From: Desulfoglaeba alkanexedens ALDC
GTDB taxonomy: Bacteria > Desulfobacterota > Syntrophobacteria > Syntrophobacterales > DSM-9756
Reading direction: 5' to 3'
DNA length: 32,000 nucleotides
NCBI RefSeq assembly: GCF_005377625.1
Contig: NZ_CP040098.1
Span: 2,499,279 to 2,531,278 of the forward strand
This document shows, piece by piece, positions 9,387-18,357 of the stretch. The stretch's first letter is position 1, and each line of letters opens with the position of its first letter. The translations under genes were made by a program, and so were the position numbers. The notes below the pieces were generated by a model that saw only the letters and a program-made list of their open reading frames with translations, was not told the DNA's origin and made no database searches.

Positions 9387-10838
9387 TCATGAAACGGTGG
9401 GAACGGCTTTCCAGAAATAGACATGTATGCCGCGTTCTTTGTCTAGGTACTTGCGGCGGAAGGCAAGGCTCACCGCCATGCCCACCTGGAGGTCTTCCAG
9501 GGAGCAGTCGGTGAAATCGAGCATCATGCGGCCGCCCCCGTCGAAGTCGACGATGCCGTAGATTTGCGGCGGATCATAGGAAAAGGCCAGGTGATCGGCG
9601 GTGTAGCTGACGATGCGCCCGGTTCGAGAAGCGAACGGGTAAGGATCCATAGCATCCACGGCGTTACAATCGGGAACGGCGCAGACCCTCTGAGGCGGAT
9701 ACTGCGGCGTGCCGCAGTGGCGACATCGGCTGCCCACGAGCCCAAAGATGGTGCTCCTGTGCCGCCACATGACGGACCGGGGCGATTCCGCCTGAAATTC
9801 GCCGCGAAGACCGGTTTCCACCGGGAGGACGTTGCGGAAGGCGAGCGCCTTTTCATAGTTCGAAAGCAGCGCTTTTCGTTCGATCTGTCGGGAAAGCGGG
9901 AGCGCGGGGCGGCGATCGCGGATACGGTCCGTCGCCTGGAAATGGAGGACGTCGACGCCGCTTCCGAAGCCGACCACTAAAAGGTTGTCCCCGGGTTCGG
10001 CCTGTTCCAGAGCGTGCACCAGGAGCAGCAGCGGATGGGCGGAACCCGTATCGCCCACGGCGGCAGTGAGGGGGTCTACCACTCTTTGCGGATCGATGTT
10101 CAGCGCTTTGGCGATGGCGGCGTGTTCGCGCGGAAAGGGGCACGGGTATGCGATCTTTTGATAGGCTTGAGCGTCGGTGCCCTGCTTTTCGAAGAAGGCG
10201 GCAAGTGCCCGGGGGATGATCTTGAGGTAGCCTTCATCCCGGATCCAGCGTTCTTCCCAGGTTCGGCTGAAGCGCTGAGAGCAGTCCCGCATGCGGTCCG
10301 GGAAGTCAGCCGTGAGCGAGAGGGCGCCTCGAAAGACGGCCAGCAAGTCTTCGGTTCCCACCGCCACGGCGGCGCCCGCATCGGCCGCCACGTGTTCTTC
10401 GGCGCTCCCAGGCTTAGCGGTCCGCGCATCGGCCGCAGCGATGAGAGCGCCGCCGGAACCGCCGTTTTCGAGCGACCGGAGGGCTTGGATCAAGGCGGTG
10501 GTCCCCGAACGGAACGAGCCGGTGACGTCGGCGGTTTCGGTTTCGGGTGCCAGGTTCAGTGCGGCGGCGGCGATGGCGCTGTTCTGGCGTTCCAGGTATG
10601 GGAGTGTGGTGGAAGCGACAAAGAGTTGCGTGGGGCTCAAGTCTGGGGCGGTGGTGAGGGCGTTTCGGGCGGCGGCTACGGCGAGGGTGACCGCGTCCTC
10701 GTCCACGTTGGCCACGGCCTTTTCCCCGGCCGCCAGCCCCAGGGTCGCCAGGTTGATCCAGCTCATGGCCTGGGCGATCCGTTTTCGTTCCAGGCGATAG
10801 CGGGGGATGTGGGCGCCGTAAGCGGTAATGCCGATCAT
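9387..10838 (-). CDS. HMG-CoA synthase / KASIII-like protein fused to C-terminal Zn-ribbon OB-fold (DUF35) domain
   Basis: MIGITAYGAHIPRYRLERKRIAQAMSW... (HMGS-like) and C-terminal CRHCGTPQYPPQRVCAVPDC...GRIVSYTADHLAFSYDPPQIYGIVDFDGGGRMMLDF (DUF35); strong AGGAGGTGA RBS upstream. Confidence 0.87.
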   Translation of the reverse strand: MIGITAYGAHIPRYRLERKRIAQAMSWINLATLGLAAGEKAVANVDEDAVTLAVAAARNALTTAPDLSPTQLFVASTTLPYLERQNSAIAAAALNLAPETETADVTGSFRSGTTALIQALRSLENGGSGGALIAAADARTAKPGSAEEHVAADAGAAVAVGTEDLLAVFRGALSLTADFPDRMRDCSQRFSRTWEERWIRDEGYLKIIPRALAAFFEKQGTDAQAYQKIAYPCPFPREHAAIAKALNIDPQRVVDPLTAAVGDTGSAHPLLLLVHALEQAEPGDNLLVVGFGSGVDVLHFQATDRIRDRRPALPLSRQIERKALLSNYEKALAFRNVLPVETGLRGEFQAESPRSVMWRHRSTIFGLVGSRCRHCGTPQYPPQRVCAVPDCNAVDAMDPYPFASRTGRIVSYTADHLAFSYDPPQIYGIVDFDGGGRMMLDFTDCSLEDLQVGMAVSLAFRRKYLDKERGIHVYFWKAVPTVS

Positions 10839-10947
10839 GGTCACCTCCTGGACGACGGGTGTGTGGGGTGTGTGCCTAATTCTGACTGGGCGCTCATTCA
10901 TTTAACTTTGCTGCACCGGTTCTCGAGTGTCAAGCGCAAAATCGTGA

Positions 10948-11000
10948 GAGCCTGTCTAAGAATACCCTTGCCCCTTCCGGGATTGAGGGTCCGTTTCCCC
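10948..11000. repeat. 'GAGnCTGTCTnAGAATACCCTT...GGGATTGAG.GTCCGTTT' repeat, copy 1
   Basis: gagcctgtctaagaatacccttgccccttccgggattgagggtccgttt; closely matched at about 18095-18145. Confidence 0.75.
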
Positions 11001-11001
11001 T

Positions 11002-11100
11002 CGTTCCCAAACTCTGGCTTGGGAACGGCCTGCTTTCGATCAGTCCAATCGTTCCCAAGCTGGAGCTTGGGAACAAGGTGGATGGTGGAGCTTGGGAACA
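11002..11100. repeat. GTTCCCAAGC-family palindromic repeats
   Basis: cgttcccaaactctggcttgggaacg (11002-11027) and gttcccaagctggagcttgggaac aaggtggatggtggagcttgggaac (11051-11100). Confidence 0.88.
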
Positions 11101-11124
11101 AGGTTGAAACCGGGCCGATCCCCG

Positions 11125-11305
11125 GTAGGAGCCGGCTTGCCGGCGATCAGGGTCAACGGGTTATTGCCGGTTTTACGGGTCGCGGTAGAGAGGACATGCG
11201 GGCGAGACGCCCGCGCTCCCAGGTCAACGCGGCATGGCCGGTTTTACGGGTCGCGGGGAAGCCCGCTCCTAGGGGGCCCCTTGTAGGAGCGGCGCCGTCG
11301 CCGCG
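11125..11305. repeat. Tandem/nested REP/BIME-like array
   Basis: gtaggagccggcttgccggcgatcagggtcaacgggttattgccggttttacgggtcgcgg...aggtcaacgcggcatggccggttttacgggtcgcggggaagcccgctcctaggggg...ttgtaggagcggcgccgtcgccgcgat. Confidence 0.85.
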
Positions 11306-11316
11306 ATAAAATAAAA

Positions 11317-11387
11317 GTTGGAGCTTCTGCACGGTTGTGTTCCCAAGCTGGAGCTTGGGAACGAGGTGGATGGTGGAGCTTGGGAAG
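11317..11387. repeat. GTTCCCAAGC-family composite repeat
   Basis: gttggagcttctgcacggttgtgttcccaagctggagcttgggaacgaggtggatggtggagcttgggaagg. Confidence 0.85.
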
Positions 11388-11518
11388 GAGGGGGAAGCTC
11401 TGCGGCGGAAAGGACGCGCCCGTTTGGCGTTACCGGGGAAGATTTTCCGCGTTTTCTGGACCTCGGCGGGGACGCTTCCTTCAATGGCGGATGGACTTGA
11501 GGCGGTCTTCGTGTCAGA

Positions 11519-12892
11519 ATGCGCACGCTTGCGGGCCAAGACCACTCAGGAAAGGACGTTCAGGTGACGGTGCCGGACGACGACAGCCCTCGAAACCTCA
11601 GGAAAGGATTCAGCACCGGCACCGCCATGGCCGCGGCCGCCCGCGCGGCGCTCCGGCGGGCGCTCACCGGGGAAGCTCCCGCGGTCGTCGCCGTAAAGCT
11701 GCCCATGGGCTTCTACCTTCCGATTCCCGTCGCCTCTTCCGGGACGCATGGCCGTCGCGTCTGGGCGTCGGTGGTAAAAGACGGCGGGGACGATCCTGAC
11801 GTGACCCACGGTGCGAAAATCGTCGTGAGCGTAGCGGCGGGGCGGACGGCGCCGGCGGCATGTTCTTCTTCCGGAAAGCCGCCGGAACGCGCCGGGGTGC
11901 TCCTGGTGGCTGGAGAAGGGGTGGGAAAAGTCACCAAGCCGGGGCTCCCGATTCCGCCAGGCGAACCCGCCGTGAACCCGGTGCCGCGCCGATGTCTCGT
12001 GGAAAACCTGGTGGAAGAATGGAGGCGCTGGAAGCACCTTGCGCGGCCGATACAAACCGCGGAAACGAACGGCGTCGCCGAAGAACCGCCGTGGGGCGCT
12101 GAGCGAAGCGTCGCCGACCCGAAGGGTCCCCGCGTTTGGCTCCCTTTTCCGGAAAGTTCCGGCTGCAACAGGGTGTTTCTCGAAGTGATCGTGTCGGTTC
12201 CCGGCGGTGAGGCGTTGGCGCGGCGCACCTTGAACCCGCGCCTGGGGATCCTCGGCGGCATTTCCATCCTGGGAACCACCGGCATCGTCCGGCCCTTTTC
12301 CCACGAGGCCTACGAAGAAACGATCCGATCGGCGCTGCGGGTCGCCAGGGCCGCCGGCGCCACCACGGTGGTTTTGACGACGGGCGGAAAGAGTGAGAAA
12401 GGGGTGCGGGCGCTTCGACCCGACCTGCCGCCCGAGGTCTTCGTCCAGGTGGCGGATTTTTTCGCTTTTTCGGTGGAAGAATCCCGGCGGCTCGGTTTCC
12501 GAGCCGTGGTCCACGGCGCCTTTTTCGGAAAGGTGGTCAAGATGGCTCAAGGGCATCGATACACCCACGCGCACCGGGTGCCGCTGGACCTCAAGCCTCT
12601 GGCCCGGCGGGCGGCGGCGCTGGGCCACGAAGCGTCTTTATGCGAAGCCTTGGCTGCGGCCAATACCGCTCGGCATGCTTTGGAACTCTTGAAGGCAGCG
12701 GAAGCCCACGATGTGATCGAATCCATCTGCCGGGATGCGGTGGCCGCTTCCCGGGTCTTTTCCGGCGGTCGGCTCCACACCGAACTCCTCCTTTTCGACT
12801 ACGACGGGAGGCTGATCGCCCGCACGGGCGATTCCCGTATCGATTGTCGTGAAGACTCCGCCGGCGCGCTGGGGAAAGGGGCTGCCGGATGA
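11519..12892 (+). CDS. cbiD: Cobalt-precorrin-5B (C1)-methyltransferase CbiD
   Basis: RKGFSTGTAMAAAARAALRRAL near N-term; GITTSLGGISILGTTGIV-like motif (LGILGGISILGTTGIVRPFSHEAYEETIRSAL); exact start uncertain (GTG at about 11566 also possible). Confidence 0.93.
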   Translation: MRTLAGQDHSGKDVQVTVPDDDSPRNLRKGFSTGTAMAAAARAALRRALTGEAPAVVAVKLPMGFYLPIPVASSGTHGRRVWASVVKDGGDDPDVTHGAKIVVSVAAGRTAPAACSSSGKPPERAGVLLVAGEGVGKVTKPGLPIPPGEPAVNPVPRRCLVENLVEEWRRWKHLARPIQTAETNGVAEEPPWGAERSVADPKGPRVWLPFPESSGCNRVFLEVIVSVPGGEALARRTLNPRLGILGGISILGTTGIVRPFSHEAYEETIRSALRVARAAGATTVVLTTGGKSEKGVRALRPDLPPEVFVQVADFFAFSVEESRRLGFRAVVHGAFFGKVVKMAQGHRYTHAHRVPLDLKPLARRAAALGHEASLCEALAAANTARHALELLKAAEAHDVIESICRDAVAASRVFSGGRLHTELLLFDYDGRLIARTGDSRIDCREDSAGALGKGAAG

Positions 12893-14172
12893 GGGACGTC
12901 CCCTCGGCCTCGGGCCCGAAAGCGTGGTCGCCGCCCCGGGTGGTGCTCGCCGGCGTCGGCATGGCGCCGGCCGATGTGACGGCGAGGGTCCGCGAATGGT
13001 TGGAACGGGCCGAAGTGTTGGCTGGCGGCAAACGGCACCTGGAATGGTTCGCGGATCTTCCGGCGGAAAAAATCCCGCTGATTTCGCCCATGGACGAAAG
13101 CCTCCGCCGGATCGTCGCGGTGTCTTCGCAGCGGAAGACCGCGGTTCTGGCTTCGGGGGATCCGCTCTTTTTCGGCATCGGGAGGCGGCTTGTGGAACGC
13201 CTCGGTCCGGAGCGGCTCATCACGTTTCCCAACGTCACGGCGGTGCAGGCGCTCTTTTCCCGCCTGGGCCTTCCCTGGGACGGTGTGGCGGTACGGAGCC
13301 TCCACGGAAGAGACGACCGATCCTGGCTGAGGGTGCTCCGCGATACCGGAAAGCTGGCGCTCTACACGGACGCGGTCCGGTCGCCGGCCGCCGTCGCTCG
13401 GGAACTCCTGGAGGCGGGGATGACGGACTGCGACCTGGCGGTGGGGGAAGACCTGGGACTTCCGGCGGAGCGGGTCCGCTGGATGTCGGCCCGGGAAGCG
13501 TCCGAATCCGACTTTTCGCCGCTCAACGTGATGGCGATCATCCGGCGCCCGGAAGCGGCGGTTCGCGGTGAGGGAGCCCTCGAAGCCCTTGAACCGGTCT
13601 TCGGCCTTCCCGACGAAGCGTTCCACCACCGGTACGGGCTCATCACCAAAATGGAAATCCGGAGCGTGGTGCTGGCGAAGCTCGGCCTGATTCCGGGTCT
13701 GGTGCTGTGGGATCTTGGAGCGGGAAGCGGTTCGGTCGCCGTCGAAGCCGCACGGACGGTGCGTCTTGCCGGGGTCTTCGCTGTGGAAAAACGTACGGAA
13801 CGGGTCGAAGATATCCGAGCCAACGTGCGGCGCCTGGCCTTGGGCGACGTCACGGTGATTTGCGGCGATGCGGTGGAAGCGGTCGCGGAACTACCGGATC
13901 CGGACCGCGTCTTCATCGGCGGAAGCGGCGGCCGCTTGGAAGCGCTCCTTGCGGCGGCGGCGTCGCGGTTGAGGGTCGGCGGGAGGATGGTCGTTACGGC
14001 TGCGACCCTGGAAACGGTGGAAACCGCTCGGTCCTTTTTCGCACGCCGCGGCTTCGCATGCGATATTACGCAGATCCAGGTGAACCGGTCGTCCCCGATC
14101 GGTTCCGCCACGCGTTTTGAGCCGCTCAACCCGGTGTTCATCGTCACGGCGGCATCGGCCGCTTCGGGTTGA
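12889..14172 (+). CDS. cbiET: Fused precorrin-6Y C5,15-methyltransferase/decarboxylase (CbiE-CbiT, CobL-like)
   Basis: N-terminal tetrapyrrole methylase (VLASGDPLFFGIGRRLVERL) and C-terminal CbiT SAM domain (PGLVLWDLGAGSGSVAVEAARTV, DRVFIGGSGGRLEALLAAA); ATGA overlap with cbiD stop. Confidence 0.93.
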   Translation: MRDVPSASGPKAWSPPRVVLAGVGMAPADVTARVREWLERAEVLAGGKRHLEWFADLPAEKIPLISPMDESLRRIVAVSSQRKTAVLASGDPLFFGIGRRLVERLGPERLITFPNVTAVQALFSRLGLPWDGVAVRSLHGRDDRSWLRVLRDTGKLALYTDAVRSPAAVARELLEAGMTDCDLAVGEDLGLPAERVRWMSAREASESDFSPLNVMAIIRRPEAAVRGEGALEALEPVFGLPDEAFHHRYGLITKMEIRSVVLAKLGLIPGLVLWDLGAGSGSVAVEAARTVRLAGVFAVEKRTERVEDIRANVRRLALGDVTVICGDAVEAVAELPDPDRVFIGGSGGRLEALLAAAASRLRVGGRMVVTAATLETVETARSFFARRGFACDITQIQVNRSSPIGSATRFEPLNPVFIVTAASAASG

Positions 14173-14187
14173 GAGGGAGGAGGCGCC

Positions 14188-14964
14188 ATGCGTCATGCCA
14201 TCGTTTTTGTCGGGGCCGGCCCGGGCGATCCGGAGCTCATCACGGTCAAGGGGCGGCGGCTCATCGAAGAAGCCGACCGGATCGTCTACGCGGGCTCCCT
14301 GGTTCCGGAAAGGCTTCTTGCGGCGCGAAAGCCCGGCGCCGAAATCTTCGACAGTGCGCCGCTCACCCTGACCGAAACGCATGCGTTCCTCTTGGAAGGT
14401 TACCGGGCGGGCCTGCGGGTGGTGAGGCTCCACACCGGCGACCCCGGACTTTACGGCGCCGTCCGGGAACAGATGGATCTTCTGGATCGCGACGGCGTCC
14501 CCTACGAGGTGGTGCCGGGAGTGACGGCGGCCTTCGCCGCCGCGGCCGCCCTTAAGCGGCAGCTCACGCTGCCCGAAGTGTCCCAGACCGTCATTTTCAC
14601 CCGCTGTTCCGGACGGACGCCGGTCCCGGAGCGGGAATCGCTCCAGAGCCTGGCGGCTCACCGAAGCACTTTGGCCATTTACCTCAGCGTGCACCACCTG
14701 GACCGGGTGGTGGAAGACCTTTTGGTGCATTACCCGCGGGAAACGCCCGTGGTGGTGGCCTACCGGGTGGGCTGGCCGGACGAACGCCTCGTGCAGGGGA
14801 CCTTGGAAACCATCGTGGACCGGGTGCGGAGCGAAGGCATCGCCCGTCAGGCTTTGATCCTCGTGGGCGAGGTGTTGGAGATCGGCCGGCAAGCCCCCCG
14901 ATCGAAGCTCTACGACGCAGGTTTCGAGCACGGGTTTCGCCCCGGCCGAACCCGGGGGGATTGA
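14188..14964 (+). CDS. cbiF: Precorrin-4/cobalt-precorrin-4 C11-methyltransferase
   Basis: IVFVGAGPGDPELITVKGRRLIEEADRIVYAGSLVPERLL... VVRLHTGDPGLYGAVREQMDLLDRDGVPYEVVPGVTAAFAAAA...QTVIFTR hallmark of CbiF/CobM. Confidence 0.96.
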   Translation: MRHAIVFVGAGPGDPELITVKGRRLIEEADRIVYAGSLVPERLLAARKPGAEIFDSAPLTLTETHAFLLEGYRAGLRVVRLHTGDPGLYGAVREQMDLLDRDGVPYEVVPGVTAAFAAAAALKRQLTLPEVSQTVIFTRCSGRTPVPERESLQSLAAHRSTLAIYLSVHHLDRVVEDLLVHYPRETPVVVAYRVGWPDERLVQGTLETIVDRVRSEGIARQALILVGEVLEIGRQAPRSKLYDAGFEHGFRPGRTRGD

Positions 14965-14968
14965 GGTC

Positions 14969-16111
14969 ATGGCATGGGAGGGCGACCGCCGGGACGAAAG
15001 CTCCCGTCCGGGGAGTATCGCTGTGGCGGCCATAACCGCCGGCGGCGTCCGGCTGGCGCTCCAAATCCAGGCGCAACTTCCTGGAAGCATCTGCTATGTG
15101 CCTCGACGCCATGCGTTCGCGCTCGTCATGGGCGCCCGGCCTTTCGACCGGCTGAAAGACCTGGTGCCCGAAATCTGGACGCGCCACCGGGCTATGGTGT
15201 TCGTCATGGCGACCGGCATCGTGGTGCGGCTCATCGCGCCGCTTGTCCATCAGAAGATGCGGGACCCCGCCGTGGTGGTGGTCGACGAGAAGGGGCGCTT
15301 CGTCATCAGCCTGCTTTCCGGCCATTGGGGCGGCGCCAACGCCTTGGCCGAATCGGTCGCTCGGATCACCGGCGGCCTGCCGGTGGTCACCACGGCAAGC
15401 GACGTGTGCCGGCGGCCGGCCATCGATCTTCTCGCCCGCAAGGCGGGACTCGTCATCGAAAACCCCGAAGCACTTCCGCGCATCGCCCGGGCCGTTCTGG
15501 AAGATGAACCGCTTTGGCTTTTCGACCCGGCGCGGCGCCTGGGACTTTCGCAGGCCGACCTGCCTCAGGTCCGGTTCTGGGACGAAAGCCATCCGGCTTG
15601 GGAGCCTCGGCGGACGTCGGCCACGGCGGAAGCCGGCGACGCGGCAGGGGAGGAGCCGAGCGGCTCGGCCGAACTCATCGGCGTTTGGGTGTCCGAAAAG
15701 GCTTCCAACCCCGAAGGCCTTTGGCTGCGCCTTCGCCCGCGAAGCCTGGTAGTGGGCGTCGGGTGCAACCGGGGGACCTCTGCGGAAGAGATCCTCGAAG
15801 TGGTCCGGCGGGTTCTGGACGATGCGGGGCTCGCGCCGCCGTCGATCCGAAATTTCGCCAGCGTGGACCTCAAAGCGGACGAGGCTGGGCTACTGGAAGC
15901 GGCCCGCCGGCTGGATCGGCCGCTGGAATTCTTTTCACGCAAAGACTTGAGGGACGTGGCGGTTCCGCGCCCGTCCCGTCGAGTCGCCGAACACATCGGA
16001 GTACCCAGCGTATGCGAAGCAGCAGCAATCCTGAGCGCCGGAAGCCGGAAGCTTCTCATTTCGAAGCAGAAAGCGGGCAACGTGACGGTGGCCGTGGCCG
16101 GGGTGGACTGA
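14969..16111 (+). CDS. cbiG: Cobalt-precorrin-5A hydrolase CbiG
   Basis: AITAGGVRLALQIQAQLPG...VFVMATGIVVRLIAPLVHQKMRDPAVVVVDEKGRFVISLLSGHWGGANALAESVARITGGLPVVTTASD typical CbiG; C-terminal VGVGCNRGTSAEEILEVV. Confidence 0.95.
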   Translation: MAWEGDRRDESSRPGSIAVAAITAGGVRLALQIQAQLPGSICYVPRRHAFALVMGARPFDRLKDLVPEIWTRHRAMVFVMATGIVVRLIAPLVHQKMRDPAVVVVDEKGRFVISLLSGHWGGANALAESVARITGGLPVVTTASDVCRRPAIDLLARKAGLVIENPEALPRIARAVLEDEPLWLFDPARRLGLSQADLPQVRFWDESHPAWEPRRTSATAEAGDAAGEEPSGSAELIGVWVSEKASNPEGLWLRLRPRSLVVGVGCNRGTSAEEILEVVRRVLDDAGLAPPSIRNFASVDLKADEAGLLEAARRLDRPLEFFSRKDLRDVAVPRPSRRVAEHIGVPSVCEAAAILSAGSRKLLISKQKAGNVTVAVAGVD

Positions 16112-16116
16112 GTCTT

Positions 16117-16923
16117 GTGAGCCTGGGCCCGGGATTCGTGGAACACATGACACCCCGGGCCTTGGCCGCGCTCGCCGACGCCGAGGTGGTTGTCGGCTAC
16201 AGGACCTACCTGGATCTGGTTTCTGAGCTGATCCAAGGCAAAAGGACCGTCGCGAGCGGTATGCGAAAGGAAGTGGCGCGCTGCCGGGCCGCCATCGACG
16301 AGGCGCTTTCGGGAAGCCGCGTGGCTCTCATTTCCAGCGGCGATGCGGGGATCTATGGGATGGCTGGCCTGGTGTTCGACATCTGCAGGGAACGCGGTGT
16401 GGCCGTGATCCCCGCAAGCGCGGACAACGACCGGGAGCCGGAGGACCGAAGTTCGGGACCGGCGGAAAGCGACGGGGTCCCGCTGAGGGTGGAAGTCATC
16501 CCGGGTGTCGCGGCCTTCAACGCGGCGGCCGCACGCCTCGGCGCGCCGCTCATGCACGATTTCGCCGCGGTGAGCTTGAGCGACCACCTGACGCCCTGGC
16601 CCGTGATCGCGGGGCGCCTGGAAGCCGCCGCCCAGGCCGATTTCGTTCTGGCCATCTACAACCCGCGAAGCGGCTCCCGGCCGCACCGGCTTTCGGAAGC
16701 CCGCGATATCCTGCTTCGCCACCGGCCGGCGGAAACTCCGGTGGGCCTTGTGCAACGCGCCATGCGAGACGGCGAAGCGCGGCGGCTGGCGACCCTTGGA
16801 ACCCTGCCGGTGGAATGGGTGGACATGCAGACGGTGGTCCTGGTGGGAAACAGCCGCACCTATGTCTGGAACGACTGGATGGTGACGCCGAGAGGCTACC
16901 TGGACAAGTACGACGTGGAGTGA
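16117..16923 (+). CDS. cbiH: Precorrin-3B C17-methyltransferase
   Basis: (V)SLGPGFVEHMTPRALAALADAEVVVGYRTYLDLVSELIQGKRTVASGMRKEVARCRAAIDEALSGSRVALISSGDAGIYGMAGLV; GTG start 16117 proposed, in frame with the 15514..16923 ORF. Confidence 0.93.
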   Translation: MSLGPGFVEHMTPRALAALADAEVVVGYRTYLDLVSELIQGKRTVASGMRKEVARCRAAIDEALSGSRVALISSGDAGIYGMAGLVFDICRERGVAVIPASADNDREPEDRSSGPAESDGVPLRVEVIPGVAAFNAAAARLGAPLMHDFAAVSLSDHLTPWPVIAGRLEAAAQADFVLAIYNPRSGSRPHRLSEARDILLRHRPAETPVGLVQRAMRDGEARRLATLGTLPVEWVDMQTVVLVGNSRTYVWNDWMVTPRGYLDKYDVE

Positions 16924-16948
16924 CGGATAGGATGCCGTCTCATGCCCT

Positions 16949-16980
16949 GTAGGAGCCGGCTTGCCGGCGATCAGGGTCAA
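16949..16980 (+). repeat. Solo REP-like element
   Basis: gtaggagccggcttgccggcgatcagggtcaa directly after cbiH stop; identical core to the 11125 copy. Confidence 0.8.
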
Positions 16981-17014
16981 CACGGCTTTCATGAGTTTGT
17001 TTTTGGACAAGCCC

Positions 17015-17860
17015 TCAGCTGAAGAGCGTCGTCGCCTCGGCGGCGAAGATGGTGCGGATTTCTTCCAGAAGATCTTCGATTTTCGCCGGAGACATCTTGA
17101 GGGCCTTGGCGCTTTTCACTTCGGAAAGTTCCAGGTCGGGACGCTTGGTGGGGCCGATTTCCAGCTTGTGGCAGAACGCGTTGGCCAGGTGGACGATCAC
17201 CGTTAGAGCCGGAAGCAGGCGGGCTCGGGCCGGTGCGTGGTGACAGCCGATGGCTTCTTCGATTTCTTCCGCAAACTGCCACTTGCGGGCGAGAAGCTGA
17301 CCCACCTGGGCGTGGTCGAATCCCAGCAGGCGCTGCTCCATCCTCACAAAGGAGGTTTCCGGGTCATTGTAGACTTCCTCAAGGATGGAGAGCATCTTGT
17401 CGTTGAATTTTATGAGCAGGATCATCTTTCCCACGTCGTGGAGCAGCCCCGCCAGGAAGGCTTCTTCGGCCTTGGAATACCGGAGGCTCTGCGCGATGGT
17501 TCGGGCCGCCAGGCCGCATCCCAGCGAATGCTCCCAGAGCAGCTTTTCCGTCAGCCCGAAGTTGTCGAAGATGTCCCGCGTAACGGAGGCGACCACCAGG
17601 GATCGGATGGTTCTGAAGCCGATCACCACTACGGCTTCCGTAATGGTGGCGATGGACCGGGACCGGGCGTAAAAGGACGAATTGGCCAACTTGAGGACTC
17701 GGGCGGCGAGCGACTGGTCCTGGGAAATGATGCGCTGGAGGTCCTGAGCGGTGGTGTCGGGGTTGGACACCATGGTCATGACCTGACTGGCCACGTGAGG
17801 CATGGCGGGAAGGTCGCCGGCGGTCAGTACGACTCTTTGCACGGAAGATTCGGTTGCCAT
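17015..17860 (-). CDS. HDOD domain protein
   Basis: LPAMPHVASQVMTMVSNPDTTAQDLQRIISQDQSLAARVLKLANSSFYARSRSIATITEAVVVIGFRTIRSLV...HSLGCGLAARTIAQ...AFLAGLLHDVGKMIL; start at internal Met 17860. Confidence 0.92.
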   Translation of the reverse strand: MATESSVQRVVLTAGDLPAMPHVASQVMTMVSNPDTTAQDLQRIISQDQSLAARVLKLANSSFYARSRSIATITEAVVVIGFRTIRSLVVASVTRDIFDNFGLTEKLLWEHSLGCGLAARTIAQSLRYSKAEEAFLAGLLHDVGKMILLIKFNDKMLSILEEVYNDPETSFVRMEQRLLGFDHAQVGQLLARKWQFAEEIEEAIGCHHAPARARLLPALTVIVHLANAFCHKLEIGPTKRPDLELSEVKSAKALKMSPAKIEDLLEEIRTIFAAEATTLFS

Positions 17861-18094
17861 CGGCAGCGTAAGCTCCAATCTGCGGCGAAGGGAACGTCGG
17901 GCGTGGTTTGCATCACCGCTTGCCGCCGCCAAGCGGCCGGCCGACCGCCGACGGCAAAGCGACGCCAAACTCTATATCGAACAGATGCGGTGTCTTCTTG
18001 AGTCAAAAATGATGGGAGAAGCGCTCTGTGAGATGAGCCATCCTTCGAGGCGTTGGCTGCGGTGCGGGTTCAGCAGCAGGTGATCGTTTCCTTT

Positions 18095-18145
18095 GAGGCT
18101 GTCTGAGAATACCCTTCACCCTTTGGGGATTGAGTGTCCGTTTTT
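18095..18145. repeat. 'GAGnCTGTCTnAGAATACCCTT' repeat, copy 2
   Basis: gaggctgtctgagaatacccttcaccctttggggattgagtgtccgttttt matches 10948-11000. Confidence 0.75.
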
Positions 18146-18195
18146 TTCGCGTAGGGGCGGTTCGCGAACGGCACCTAAGGAGCGATTCGTGCCCT

Positions 18196-18322
18196 GTAGG
18201 GGCGCAGCGGCGCTGCGCCCCTACTCGCCGGCGATCAGGGTCGATGCGGCATGGCCGGTTTACGGGTCGCGGCGAGGGTGCCGCTCCTGCGGGGTCTGGG
18301 TCGCGGGCAAGCCCGCTCCTAC
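18196..18322. repeat. REP/BIME-like cluster
   Basis: gtaggggcgcagcggcgctgcgcccctac...cgccggcgatcagggtcgatgcggcatggccggtttacgggtcgcgg...gggtcgcgggcaagcccgctcctac. Confidence 0.83.
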
Positions 18323-18357
18323 CGATAACGGAACAGCGGGCCAGTTGCCTTCCACCT

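Noticed and set aside
8231-9514. 427 aa plus-strand ORF
   Set aside because: Antisense to the thiolase gene; no recognisable protein motif.
10014-11309. 431 aa plus-strand ORF
   Set aside because: Antisense to the HMGS-like/DUF35 gene and running into repeat DNA (RFPSFPNSGLGTACFRSVQSFPSWSLGTRWM).
13891-15090. 399 aa minus-strand ORF
   Set aside because: Antisense to cbiET/cbiF; artefact of high GC.
15565-17010. 481 aa minus-strand ORF
   Set aside because: Antisense to cbiG/cbiH and starting in a REP element (VLTLIAGKPAPTG).
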